Assembly (NCBI GenBank): GCA_013239625.1
Contig: MU054187.1
Span: forward strand, 8,466,358 to 8,530,357
DNA length: 64,000 nucleotides
Direction of reading: 5' to 3'
Source of the DNA: Lama guanicoe
Lineage: Eukaryota
The notes under the pieces are model-generated. The model had not been told where the DNA came from. It saw only the letters and a list, made by a program, of their open reading frames with translations, and did no database searches. Made by a program: the position numbers and the translations under genes. Positions 11,166 through 24,699 of this stretch are shown here, one piece after another. Each line of letters begins with the position of its first letter. The stretch's first letter is position 1.

Positions 11166-12954
11166 CTTCTTGTCTGAAAAGCCTTTTCTGTTTTCCCTCA
11201 AAAAACTAGGTCATCCTAACTATTTCCCACAGGATTTGATTTCACTGGAATCCAGCCCATGAATTGAGGCACGTTTCTCAACCTCTCTGATCTCTAACCG
11301 CTCTGATAGCATTGGAGAAGAACACAGCCCCCATACAGGCACAGTAAATTCACAGAACAAGTTCGTTTTCTTCCTCCCATATGCCACATACCAGCCACTA
11401 TGTAAATCACCATCGCCACTCTGTTTTGTTACGTATCCTTTCATGTATATGTTTGTTCTTAAAAAACACCACCACGGTCTGCTTTCCAGGGATGTCCTGT
11501 GATGAAAAGCCAGGACGCCTATAGAATCAGAAAGCAATATCACTCATTGCCAGCAGATGCCACTACCTGATCCACCATGTAGACCAGAAGAAGAATCTTT
11601 AAGTTCCAGTCCTGTAAGCAAACCAGCGCTCCATCTACATCACGTGAGCATGGTACACAGCTAAGATTATATAAAAACCATATAAAGGAAGTTTACTTAC
11701 AAGCAAGGCTACATACTTTGGAATAGATTTTCATAATTAAATGTCAAGTCCAACTTTCTGTTAAAACAAACTGTGTGTGTATGTATATGTATACGTATAT
11801 ATCAAGATAAACTCTAAAGTTCCCTCAAGAGGTTTATATTAATTATGAGCTGTTCTCCAATGTCGCTCTGCCACCCACAGAGTTCTAATGACTTTAAAAT
11901 ATGCTGGTAATGAGGAAAGACATATGGGATATTATGTAGAGCTGAGGTAGGTGGTAAGAGATACAGAATGAGACTCAAGGAGAGAATATTTTTTTATAAT
12001 GTTCTCTGTGTGAAATTATACAGTACAGTATTTGAAGGGAAACTGCAAAACCTTATGTCTTTTTCTATATATGTAAGTCTATAAATAAGTTTGAAACTTT
12101 GACCCTATATATATGTATATCTCTCTCCATTTTGTTATAATTTTTCTTGCAATGTATGAAGAAAGTAAAATCTGGGACATTACAATACTTTAAAGGTACC
12201 CGTCAATGTCTTCTGACTGAATACCCTGATTTAGGCTTTCTAGGCATGGAGATTATGAAAGCTTTGGAAAATTCACTATGCGTATGCTGCTTGTATCCAT
12301 GGTAAGAGGATGCAGAGAGATCAGAGAGAACCTACAGACAGCACACACTCGGGGAAAGTTAACAGAGTGAACAAAACATAAAGGTCAAATACAAATCACT
12401 GAAGTCTTCCAGCTCCTGAAATGCTATTTTCCACTGAAAATTTAAAGAGAAGACTTCTGTTTAGAATGCATCAGGATTCGAGGGTTCTCTTTAAATGATT
12501 AATAGACTTAAAAATGAAGATGATGAGCTCAGATTTGGAAAGATTGACAGGAATTAGCCGTAAAAACATTATAGCAATTTTTTCGAAACCACAAAAAATC
12601 AATGCCAAATACGCACTATTTTGGGCTGCCTTTGATCTTAATTGACTGATAGCCTACAAAATATTTATTTTGCTTTGCTGAAATCTGAAGCACTATGCCA
12701 GTAGTTCTTTAGCATCATTGCATCAGCTCCCACAAACTGCAAACAAACCTGGCTTCCTCTCTATAGTAAGCCAATATATGGAGAATTTCCTTGAAAACCA
12801 AAAATGTAACGTATCACTCCCAAGGTTAACATTTACTTTAAAGGAAAGCCACCCATTCCCTGCAGAGAATGAATGAGACCTTTCAGACTGACTTTGCCAT
12901 CCATCCTAAGGGAGTAAGTGTGGGGCAGGACAACTGAAGGGGCTTAGTAAAGAC

Positions 12955-14200
12955 CAAACAGACAAGATTCCTGCTGTCACGAAGCCTAGATTCTAGTCAC
13001 TGTAAACAGATAGGAGTAAGCACACAATCTATGAGCCAGAAGGAGTCACACTGTGATGAGTCCCTAAAGGAAACACAGTGGGTTCATTTGATGGGGTGAC
13101 AGGATCACTTTAGATGGGGTGGCAAGGAAAGGCCTTTCCAAGGAGATGGCATTTGACATTTGAGCTGTGCTTTGGGTGACAGGGCTGAACTTGTCATAAG
13201 AATGTAAGGGCCGAGCTCCAGCACAAAGAGCAAGGGTGCAAGAGAAACCAGCTTGGCACAGTGGAGGAACAAAGAGGCCAGTGTGTCTGGTGCCCGTGCA
13301 CAATGGGGCTGGTGGGGGGTGGGGGGAGAGGATGGGAGGAGGCTTCTATGAGGGCCCTACTGCCCCAGCTAGGATGTGCGCTGTCTTCCGAGAAAAACAG
13401 GAAGCCATGAAGAATCTGCAGCAGGGAAGTGACATGCAAGGCCTGAGTGATAAAAAGCCTGTCCAGGAAGTGCGCAGGAGCTCTCTGGTGGTGCTGAGAG
13501 AGTCTCAGTGTTGGAATATTTGCTCAGACTTGACATGTGACACTGATCGATTGAATGTTTAAGATCTGCACGAGGTCTCAGTGTTGGCCTTAGCCCTGGA
13601 GGTGTGACTGCCCTGACAGACATCGGGAGTGCTCAAAAAACAGTCTGGCCTGTTCACTTTAAAGCAATGTTGAAATGCTTAGCATCACCTATTTAACAGG
13701 CAGGGGTCAAGGCAGACGGGCCCTGAAGGACCAGAAGTGCAGCGAAGGTGAGAAGAGAGAGCAGACTGAGGACGTGGGCAGACGAAGCGGCCGGCCGGAG
13801 CGAGGCCCGGAGTCAGAGGCGGAGGTTTCCGCCAAAGCAGGGCAAGAAGCCTGCATCCGGTCGGGCTGGAGGGACGCAGGTGCAGGGGCTAACGCCTGGA
13901 TGCGCGGATGGTCGTCTGACCTGTGTCAAGGTGATGAAAGGAGTGACACGATCAGATTCCAGAAGGAGTAAGATCCTTGGGGCAAGTGTCAGGAGAGTGG
14001 GCTGAGGGCTGAGCACCGAATCTCGCACAAGGCCCATGTTTACGCAGAGGATTTCAGAGCAGAAGAGGAGTGCGGGAAGCATCCCGGAGACCAGAGATGA
14101 GACTTTAAGGGGACTGAGAAGTAGGAAAACCCACTAGTCTCAGTGATGACAAGTTCCACTGGCAACTTTAGGGAAGGGTGATGAGGCGAGAGGAGGAAAT
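12955..14200 (-). mobile_element. Long L2 fragment
   Basis: CAGACAAGATTCCTGCT..CTAGATTCTAG, GGAAAGGCCTTT..AGGAGATGGCATTTGA and GAGGCCAGTGTGTCTGG L2 motifs. Confidence 0.75.
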
Positions 14201-14554
14201 AATTCAGCAAATCACATGGTGAGTTCAGGGCAGAGCTGGGATTTGGGCTCACGATCACATTTCCCTGGTAGCAGGCCAACTGCAGGCGTGTCCGTGTGTC
14301 TGTGTGTGCGTGTGTGTGTGCACCCGCACACCCTGTATGTGTTTTAACACAGAAGAGAATTTTCACTGGGAAAGGGGAAACTGACCAGTCCTTAAAGATT
14401 CCATGTAAGTGCTTCACGTGATTAGAGAAAGAACATTCTACTTCTCGCACGTCATGTGTGCCACCACTTCACGTTGCTCTTTTTCCTTTTATCCTCTCCC
14501 ATATCCCCACTAATCTTCCCATTGTATGATTCCTTTTTTTGTTGTTGTTAATGA

Positions 14555-14952
14555 GAGACTGGCAAACATTTTCTTTAAAGAGACAGACAGTAAATATTTT
14601 AACCTTTGTGGGCCAAGAGGCAAAATCAGTTTATCATGTAGGTATTTACATACTAAGAGTCAGACAAAACTTCCAAATATTTCTCACTGATAAAGTCTGA
14701 AGTATAATAATAATAATGATTTAGTACAATTTTTGTTCCTTTGCTGTTGTTATAATACAAGCCAACTAGCGAAAGGAATGGATTCTTTTCTGTGGGATTA
14801 AAATTTCACTTAATTGCAGTTTAAAGCTAGTGTTCTCAGTCACCAAATCCGTCGCAAATATTCACCTGTAAACACCCCTCCGAGCTCGCACCCTGCACAA
14901 AAAGAGGCCTGGGGGTGGGCTGGACTTGGGCCACAGGCCAGCTCCTGCTCTA
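14555..14952. mobile_element. MER58-type hAT-Charlie element
   Basis: GGCAAACATTTTCT..AAAG..CAGACAGTAAATATTTTA..CTTTGTGGGCCA start; GGGCTGGACTTGGGCCACAGGCCA..CCTG end. Confidence 0.75.
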
Positions 14953-16024
14953 AGCAGTCCCGCCACGTGCCCCTGCTACGTGCCCTGAACCTGGTGGGTT
15001 TGCAGCTGCAACCAGAGAAAGGGTGTCTGGCTGCTGGCACTGCCCGTGATCCTCTTATATCGGACTCTTCACTCCTCCTCCTCATTTTTTACCCTCTTGT
15101 CCTTAATGAAAAGCACTCTTTCCTGGTATAGGATGTGAACCAAATGGGCGATTTGGATTTTATGTCCCAGGGATGATTTTGGCGCCTTAGAAGAGTCCTG
15201 TCCTTCAAAAATGAAATTGGCTGAAGGATGAAATTTCTTTAATTTCGAAATTAGGTATAAATCTCAACATGCAAATGTACTCAGGGAAGAAGACACTGAC
15301 TTGAGGTCCCTCACCCGAAGGCACAATTAAACGTCCAACCAGTTTTTAAGCACAAGGTTTGTTTCAGAAGCAGAACTGACAGCTGCTGGGATGAACCATC
15401 AAGGCAGAAAGGTGTCTTGTCCGTTCTACACTCTCTGTCATCTGGGGCTCAGGGTTTACTCTGCGCTGAATCCTAGGGAAACACCACTTCTGCAGCCCCG
15501 CCCCTGCCCTCCAGCTTCTCGGCCTCTCCTTCGGTGTAGCCTCAGCCTCATCGACTCTCTCGGAAGCGACCTTAGAGACCATGAAATCCACATCCTTATT
15601 TCACAAATGGGAAAACGGAGATGCAGAGAGGTGGATCCTGCTTTTCTTTGTGACTGTTGGCATGCTGTTTAATTTTATGTTTTTGAGTACTAGAGAAAAA
15701 GTGTCCTTCCAGCACTTCTGGGAAAAAAAAAAAGTAAAAAGTGCAGCTTCTAGGAACTTTCAACTTGGGTTTGTGCTTACCCAGACGGTTTAAAGATTCA
15801 TGGGCTCAGAAAGGCATCTGTGAGTCAGAGCCACAGTGGGGATTTCCGGTATTTATGGTGGAGACCGGCCAGGTCCCCAGTTGACTCACTTGGAAGATGC
15901 TAACAGACCTGAGTCCCAGAAGTGAGTTCATTTGGTAGAGTCCCAGAGTGAGAGCCCGGGCACTGGTCAAACAAGAGCCAAAACCTTCCTGCGTTTGGCC
16001 ATCAGACAGCCCTCAGAGCAAAAT

Positions 16025-16240
16025 GAACACGGGCTCAGGAATCAGCTGGAGGCAGGTCTGAATTTCAGCTCTGCAGAAGTGGCCTTACTTCGGCAATTCA
16101 GCTCGGCTCCGAGCCTGCTTCCTCCTGTGCAACTCGAGGGATTAATACCTACTTCACGATACTCTGGTTCAGACTGAGTGAGATCACGGGCTTACGGAGT
16201 CTAGCACAGAGGCTGGCACCTGACAGAGACCCAACAAAAT
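16025..16240 (+). mobile_element. MIR SINE
   Basis: GGTCTGAATTTCAGCTCTGC..TAATACCTACTTCA core. Confidence 0.65.
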
Positions 16241-17194
16241 AAGATTACTAACGCCCAACACACTTGTTGTCTTACAAATAGACGGATATTTATAAGCCTA
16301 ACTTTCTATCAGTCAGAAAAGGATGGGGAGAGGGAAAGTTCAGGAAGTACTTAAGACTACGTGCTATTAGTACTTTTCTGGCGTAAATGTAGTCTTTCGC
16401 AAGAGTCCTGGAGGCTCCCCAGGCCTACTGGAGTCACGGAAATCAACAATGGTCAGTATCCTTTTGGACACCATCTCAAGATCCTCTCAGCCCGCCCCTC
16501 ACGCCGGCCACTACACGAGCCGACCAAGGTCAGCACAGCCTCACCAGCTTCACCCTGGGGCATCTCAGCAGTATATCAACAAGAGACGCTGCCCATCCCT
16601 GCTGCCCACCCCTGAGCTTCTTCGATGACAGCAGAGGACACCCCCGAACCCCCCAGGATGGAGGCGTTAACACCTGCAGAGCTGCCCTGGTCCAATAAGG
16701 CGTAGGGGTCTGGGCAAAAACGCTTCCTGCCCCTGTGACCCTTGCACACGGACAGGCCTCAGGCACATTTCATGACACTTCTCAAGAGGTCCCGTGAAAC
16801 AGTACAAGTGGTGGCCACCTCCACAAGGGACCCTCGTATCAGCTCCCTTCGCTTCCCCATCCTTTGCTCCTGCTCCTGGGGTCACATTCTCCACAAACTA
16901 CCTGCACGTAAGCCTCTGTGTCAGGCTCTGCTTTCATGCTGACACTACCCAGTCCCTTGGTTTCCTAGAGTAATAGGTTTATGCAGTAGAAGGGACCGTG
17001 GAAGAGAGTTTCCTTCCAGGATGAGAAGGAGATGGCCGGGTGTTGTTCTCGCCCCCCCACTCCTGGGACAAAGGTCACTAACTAAGCGTGACACTCCTTC
17101 CCAAGGAGCCGAGACACAGCCTCAGAATCCGTCTCTGTGCTGCTTCAGGTCGCCTCCATCAACTAACCGAAGCTAATGCTTGATTTAAAATTCA

Positions 17195-17455
17195 TTTGCT
17201 ACCTTGGGTCCAACAGACCCGGCCAGTTCAGATCTCAGCTCTGCCTCTTACTGGCTGTGCAGCCTCGAAACGACTTTCCTAACTTTGGTGAATTTCATTT
17301 TTCTCATCTGTAAGATGAGCATAATCATTTCTTTTCACAGTGTTACTAAGAATACTTACTGTTATTAAACATTTTTATGTATTTGACATTTAATAATAGA
17401 ATACGCTGAAGTGCCTAAGAATGTACTTGACACATACGAGATGCTCAATACATGT
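17195..17455 (+). mobile_element. MIR SINE
   Basis: GTTCAGATCTCAGCTCTGCCTCTTACTGGCTGTG..TTTTCTCATCTGTAAGATGAG. Confidence 0.75.
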
Positions 17456-17734
17456 AATTCTGTTCTCCCTTTTATTTTAAAATGCAATGAGCAGGGGATG
17501 TGCAGATGCAGTGACTCGTGTAAGCTTGGCCAGTAAACCCCACCTCTGCACTTTACATCTGTGAAACGGATGTAATCATCTATACGTCATTCCTCACTGT
17601 GGTGAGAATCAAATGAAGTAAGGAGTACCACAGCACTGTTCTCAGTGCTATTACGGTTATTACAAACGTTACGTTAGTAATAATGTAATTACTTATTTCA
17701 AATGAAAACTTCTCAGGCGAGTGAGTGTATGAAG

Positions 17735-18250
17735 CATGTCTCTTTATTCTAGATTTATGATGTTTTGACACCTGGGACCCTGCCGGCGCTGGAGGTACTG
17801 TCCCTTCCAGGGCTCACCAGTCCGAGGTGAGAGACAACAAATGGCTCACCTGCAGGCATGCTTTCACACACAGACCAATCAACCCAGAGCCCACGCCCCA
17901 GCCACGTCTTTCATCTCGGATTCTCACAGTCTGGGTGACCTTCCCATGCCCTAATCACCCCAGGGCCAGGCACCAGGCAACGAGCAACAGCCCCTCTGCC
18001 CTAGAGCCTGCTCAAACCACTCCAACCAGCCAGACCTCAGCCTGCTGACCCTGCCCGGCCCGTTTCTTCCAGTGGAAACCCCAACAAACCTCTTCCCCGT
18101 GTTTTTCCTTGCTCCCTCTGCCTCCTGACCAACCCTGGTGCTTTCCTCAGTGGCCCCCTATGGTGTGGTATTTCTCACCATACCTGAAAAGTGAGAAAAT
18201 CCACATTTTAAAACAGTGAAACTGAGAGATCGATGCCATCTAACTGATTA
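17735..18250 (+). mobile_element. MER74/MER54/MER73-type ERVL solo LTR
   Basis: GATGTTTTGACACCTGGGACCCTG..CTGGAGG.ACTG.CCCTTCCAGGGCT..CCCTAATCACCCCAGGGCCAGG matches the recalled MER74-group consensus. Confidence 0.8.
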
Positions 18251-20961
18251 CAGGCAGAACCCTCAGTCCCTGCTCTTCCTATCACACTACCCTGCCTCCC
18301 AGCTGGGGCATTAGGCAATCCTGACCGCCATCTACAGGAGGACAGCCCAGCACAGGGCCAGATGACGAATAAATGCTGACCAAGGAGTTCGCCAAGCACC
18401 GTGGGGGCCCTGATGCTCGGTGGGAAGAAGAAGGTGGAGGAAGCGAAATAAGTCTTAGGGTGGCCTTCCCAGCCTGGTCAGCTCTGAACTCAGTGATGGA
18501 GGGAGGAACTGGAGCCCTGACTACAGAAATCTGGACCTGCCATGGCTCACCAGAATCAAAGGTGTATTCTTAAGTGTCACACCTAGCAATTACATCCGAG
18601 TAGAAACACTAGTGCTGATGACACAGCCAGAAGGGGGGGTACGTGAAGAAATGTGAGGGGTCATCAATCTGCTGATTTCTGAGTTCATAGGTCCTCCCTC
18701 TAAACCCAAATCAAGGCCCTGAACAGTTCTGCCATCACTTTTCTTCCTTTTTATGGATGGGCTTGATGCTGTTTGTCATCACTTAGATCTCTAAATATCT
18801 ATACTTCTCAGATCATTTTTACAAAAATAAACTCCAATGGGGTCCCTTTTATCTATTAACTGCACAAGAAATGCCCCAGAAACAATCAAAGGAACAGCCA
18901 GCAACAAAGAATAACCATGCGTCCAATTATAAGACCCAGCAAACAATGAAGCTGACAGGGAAATGGTTTAGAAGAAAAAATATGGAAAATGATCAGACTA
19001 TAATAAGAGCAGGGGATATCAGACTTTGACGAAAGTGGAAATTCAGACCTGGAATAAGTCTGAGAGATCATGAAATACAGGAATCTTTATTTTATGAACA
19101 AGGACACTGACGCTCAGAGTGGTTAAGTCATTTGCTTTAAGATGAAGCAGCTAATGAATGAGAAGGATACTCAAAGTCTAGAGATTTGAACCCACCTTAT
19201 CACAGCTGCATATCACAGGAAATGTGGATTATTTGGGGAAAAAATATAAAAGTTTCAATAGCCTAACAACTTTATTTTCAGCTGTTTAAGCCCAAGACAG
19301 GAGCAATATTTCAGAGACTATTTTATAAGATAATTTCAAAAATTAAAATGTAGAAATGAGATTTCTAAAGTCATAATTCATAATCAAAATCATCTTAAAA
19401 TGAACACTCATGTCCTCGAAGGGACTGACAATATTTTTAAAAATTTGTATATATATATAAGTACAGATTTGTCACTAGGGTAGAAAAGACTTGAAATGAT
19501 CAAACCAGAAAAGATTATAATCAGTCCCTGGACTGGTGGACACATTTTCAGGTAGAAAATATGGCTGCCCTTTGTGAACCTCCTAAAACCCTACTTAGCG
19601 ACATGTGGTTTCTCCCCGAATGCACATAAACCAGAATATATTTAGGAGTTGGTCTATTTCTAGTCACACAAGTTATGTTTCCTAAATAAGCCTTCGGATT
19701 ACCATTTTGGTTTGTTCCCCAAAATTTCCGCACTCCATATGGTGGAAGATGCAGTCCCACCTTCTTAACAAGACCTTGTGTGAACTATACAGTGCTGCCT
19801 TCAGCCCATCCGTTCCTATGCACATTCCAGGGCGAAGAGACATGCAGGGCTGATGAGGGAGGCAGGAAATGAGAAAGACAGGCATGTTCCAAAGTTGAGA
19901 TTCTGAACTGCTTTCCAAATTTCCAAATGTGAAAATTTCTTTAGTTTGCAAAAGCTGTTGTAAATGATAGCGCAGAGCATATACATTCAGCTTATGGGGA
20001 GAGTCACACCGTACGGTGTTATACTAATTACAGCTCAAAAACCTACTACAGTAGATTTTTTAGCACATCAATAAGAATATTATAGTTGCAGTTTTCTCTC
20101 ATTGAAATAATGATTTGTAAAGCTACATAAGTCTGGAAAGGGTCACTTGGGGATATATTAAAATTATTTTTGGAATGCTATGAGAATAAACTTACCTGTT
20201 CATAAGTGATTATACTGGTTTTCTGTTCTGACTCCTCTTCAGTTACAGGTTTAATGGTTAATTTTACTTATATTAACCAAACAATTAGCCCCCCAAATTT
20301 CTAGAATTTCTGTAACACTGATAATAATTTACAAGCAAGGAAATTAAGACAATGAGTTATCCATACCCACGTGGCATTAATTTGAGAAGATAACATAAAT
20401 AGGTAAGAAAACAGATTACTTCATTAAGTTTTCATAGTGCATTTGAAACCTTGGCTAAATGACACAATGATAAGGGCTACCAGTTGTTTACTACAGCACA
20501 ATTTGCACAGTATGAAAGGAATATACTTTAATGAGGCATATCCTTTTTGAGGGGAAACTAGCTTTGGCAACCAGTACTCATGTAACCGTTCAAATCCTTC
20601 CAAACAGCTTTCAGATAACTGTTGTAGGTATCAGTCTTATGAACCGAAATTAACCTAGACTCCACAACATTCTTTCCTCCAAAACATCTTCCCTCTCCAT
20701 TTTGTTATTCATTATTATAATTATTAGTGAATAATAAATGCTTTTCAGGTATTTCTTACATTAATAAACCAAAAGGTAGATAGCCAAGCAGGTAGATAGA
20801 TAGAAATGAACAATAATCTAAAATAGAGGAGGGGACCTAAAGGTTATTATTTATAGTTAAGGGAGCAATTAAGTTATAATTTAGTCTTCTCATGTATTTC
20901 CAATATTTTGTTTATTTTTTAAAAAACTAATTTATTCGCCTTTTCCTGTGATCATTTTCCA

Positions 20962-21610
20962 AGTGAGGTTACTTTTTTTAATCAGTTGTGCAGATTTAAT
21001 TCTTTTTTTCATATACATATATTCTTTCTTTTCAGATTATTTTCCATTATATGTTATTATAAGAAATTGAATAAAGTTCCCTGTGGTATACAGTAGATTC
21101 TTGCTGTTTATCTATTTTATATATAGTAATGTGTGTCTGTTAATCTCCAACCCTAATTTATCCCTCCTCACCCTTTCCCTTTTTAGTTTGTTTTCTATGT
21201 CCATCAGTCTGTTTTGGGTTTGTAAATAGAATTTGTATGATTATTTTTAGATTACACATATAAGTGATATTATATGATATTTGTCTTTCTCTATCTGACT
21301 TACTTCACTCAATATGATAATCTCTAGGTCCATCCATGTTGCTGCAAATGGCATTTTTTCATTGTTTTTTTATGGCCGAGTAATACTGTATTGTATGTAT
21401 ATGCCAGACCTTCTTTATCCAGTCATCTGTGGATGGACATTTAGGTGGTTTCCATGCCTTGGCTGTGGTAAACAGTCCTGCTATGAATCTTGGGGTGCAG
21501 GAGTCTTTTCGAATTATAGTTCTCTCCAGATAAATGCACAGGAGTGGGATTGATGGGTCATAGGTCTATTTTTAGTTTTTTAAGGAACCTCCACAGTGAA
21601 GTTACTTTTT
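20962..21610 (-). mobile_element. L1 3' end (ORF2 tail plus 3'UTR) with 16-bp TSD
   Basis: TSD AGTGA(G/A)GTTACTTTTT at 20962-20977 and 21595-21610, followed by AAAA (TTTT/AA endonuclease site). ISRSIHVAANG antisense-L1 signature in ORF 21314. Confidence 0.93.
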
Positions 21611-21699
21611 AAAACAATATTTAAATTAATGACTGATCTACAATCAGCTTGAGTAACCGATGTATAATGAGTGGTCGAGAGAGAGGCCATTGACTGAGA

Positions 21700-21900
21700 G
21701 AGTCTTCTGTGCACCTTAAAGTGTACTAAGCATTCAACATCACTACCTTACTTACTCCTCAGGTCAACACTATGATACGTCTTATTATCCCTAATTGACT
21801 TAGGAGAAAACTGACACCCAGAGAAGTTAAGTAACTTACCTAAGACTATATAAACGGTAGATGGCAATGCTTGAATTCAAAGATTTGTTTGATTTTAGGC
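21700..21900 (-). mobile_element. MIR SINE
   Basis: TATTATCCC..GAGAAAACTGA..CAGAGAAGTTAAGTAACTTACCTAAG. Confidence 0.75.
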
Positions 21901-23275
21901 AAAACCACATGTCTGACTTGACCATTTGAAAAAATCAAACCAAATCAAGCCAAATTCCTCAACAGATGAATCACCTACCTTTGAGTGGTTCTAATTTCTG
22001 GTGTATTTTCCAAAACAAACTGCAAACTACGTGAGATTAGTTGCACAGGATTATTAATGACTCACCAGTTTTTCTCGTGCATCACCCCCCTATGCAAAAA
22101 ACATGTTATGTGTATTAACATTTAAAATACTGTTTTTAACGCTCATGACCATCATACTCCATTAAACATGTTCTTCCGGGTTAAACTATCATTAAATTAT
22201 TAAAATCATTAGTAGCACTCAACTGAGCAAAACAAATTAAATGCACTACATGTTTTGATACATTATTAAACTTAAACGGTAAAATTGGAGTCAAATTCCT
22301 TAACAAAATGCATGGGCAGGGGTGGCAGAGCACCTTGACTAAAGCAGTCTGACAAACACAAACATTTTGCATCTTCACTTTTTTCCCTCCACCAAGAGGT
22401 TTTCATACCTTGAGACAATGGTAAGATTCAGGAAGAGTTGGAAGATTGTGAAAGAGGAGGTACGACAGACTCCTTGGAACCCAGGCACATCTAGGACATC
22501 TCTCTCTTAGATTAAAAGTTTCTAAAGTATATGAAAATAGAGTGAAGAATCAAACTATCTTCACTCTACCCTCGGCTTGCCCTCCAAGGGATGGGCAAAC
22601 GCCACTTTTTATTCCAATTTTCTATAGGTTATTTTAACCCCTGCTAAGTCTCCATTCCCCGTTACATTTTAATTGTTCAACGTTTTATAAAAAGATTTAA
22701 ATATTAATACTTGAACGTGCTCCAGTCCACTACATTTCACTGTGGTGTCAACTGCAGGTATGCAGTTTGTACTTTCTGTATTTCCAGTCCTTCCTTCTGC
22801 TCCTCCAAGGCAAACAGATCTGCTCCCTCCACCCCCCAAATACAATTCTCGCTTCCCCACCTCCACATCTTGGCCCCGGGCCTCCACTTTCATTCCACCA
22901 CCCCAGCCAGGGGCACACGGAAAAGTCCTCCTCTCCCTGAAGACTGAGATCCAGCTCATCCTGCAAACACTGGGTCCGTCACCAGCTCTTTCCTGAAGTC
23001 TTCCCAGAACAACAGGGAATCAGTGCTCCCTCCTTCCTTTCTGAAGTCCACCAAGAACCAGTGTTCCTCCCATTCTTCTCTACCTCACCCTTATTGTTTA
23101 GCAATCCCAATGACATTGTGAACAGTGCCCTCACTTTTCACCACAACGCATCCCTCAAAGCCATGTTGGAAAGCCGACTGTCACCAAGCCCATTCCTGTT
23201 TCCCCCCAGGCACCATGCAACACTCCAGTAAGGAGTGGTGACAAACGAGAGCTGAGACCAACAGGGGCATAAAAC

Positions 23276-23317
23276 TAATAATAGTAATAGTAGTAGTGGT
23301 AGTAATAATAATAATAA
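23276..23317. repeat. (TAA/TAG)n low-complexity repeat
   Basis: Read directly from the sequence. Confidence 0.9.
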
Positions 23318-24699
23318 AGCACCTGTGTATCTCAAAAAATAATTTGGGAAAAAAATAAAATTATGACTTGAGTCATAGAAGGCTGAAATGGATCATAGAG
23401 CCCCAGTACCAGCCCCCTCATTTCTCAGATGGGGACCCAAAGCCACAAAGAAGGTGAGAAACTTGCCCTGAATTTCAGAGCTGAGAAGGGATGGGAACAG
23501 AACTCAGGCACAGCCCTGCTGACATGCAGACTACAGCCCTTCCGAAAATAGTCTACTGCCCTGCTAGAAATGCCTATTAAAAGGGCAAACTTTACACACC
23601 AATTATTTAGGGAGCCTTAATTTGCAATAAAGCGTTCAACTACCATAAAGAATAAAACCACTGAACCATAAATCAAAAACCAATATACTCCTCACAGTAA
23701 ACATTAAGCAAACAGTAACCCAAATAAAACCCCCACAGTGGGCTCCTGGGAGGGGCAGCCACACCCCTGTTCGCACGCTGCCCGGCTCTCTGGGGTCACA
23801 CACGTCCCGTGGATGAACCCACAGCCCACGGCCGGCCTCCTGGAGGTTCCTATGTAGCTGGACGCTAGAGCTGTGAAACGTACCCAGGGGAAATCTGCAC
23901 ACCTTTTCCTCGCCCCATCCATCTCCCGGCAGCACGCAGACACAATCCAAAAATTAACTGATCATTTAATTCAAAGATTAATTTGCAGCATCTAAATAAT
24001 TCGAGGCTGTCACTAAAGACCTTAGCTGAGAGGATTTAGAACTATCATTCCCAGCACAGGTTGGACATTGGATTGTACGAGGAGTTTGGAAACAGTGTCC
24101 TCAGTTCTCACCAAATGAAGCAAAATCTCAGGGGTGGGGTCTAAGCATTATTTTTTAAAAACTGATACACTTTAATTCTGATCATTCTGTACACTGTGAG
24201 AGCTAAGAACCAAGTGTTTGGTGGATAGAAGTTTTGTCAGGTAGGTCCTTTCCTTCTTTTCCTGACGTTTCCTGCCCAACTGGCAGGACTTTTTCAGTTT
24301 CAGGCGACAGAATCCCAACCTACTTTGGCTCAAAGGCGAACGTGCTCACACATCTAAAGTCAGGAGTGAACCTGGCCCCAGGTGTGGCCCTCAGAACGTG
24401 CACCTTCGACTCCTCTACTTTCTGAGTCCCTCTCCCACATGACGTCCTCTCTTGCCTGTTTCCCAGCTCAGATTCCATGGCCAAGCATCGCAGTCACTCC
24501 TGGCTTACTCCTTCAACTGCCTTCTCCCTCTCACCGGGTTGGGGGGGTCCTGGGGCAAAACCGTCACCCTGCTGGTGTCCAGCTCTGCCTTCTCCACACT
24601 CAGCCGTGCAGTGAACCTGGCCAGAGCGAAACACACCATCCTGCTGATAGGTCTCACCTTCAGTTAATGCCTCCAAAGTCTGGGGGGCCCTGAATTCTG

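Noticed and set aside
23138..23335. ORF with a signal-peptide-like poly-Leu start (MRYTGALLLLLLPLLLLLLL)
   Set aside because: The Leu run is simply the antisense reading of a (TAA/TAG)n microsatellite.
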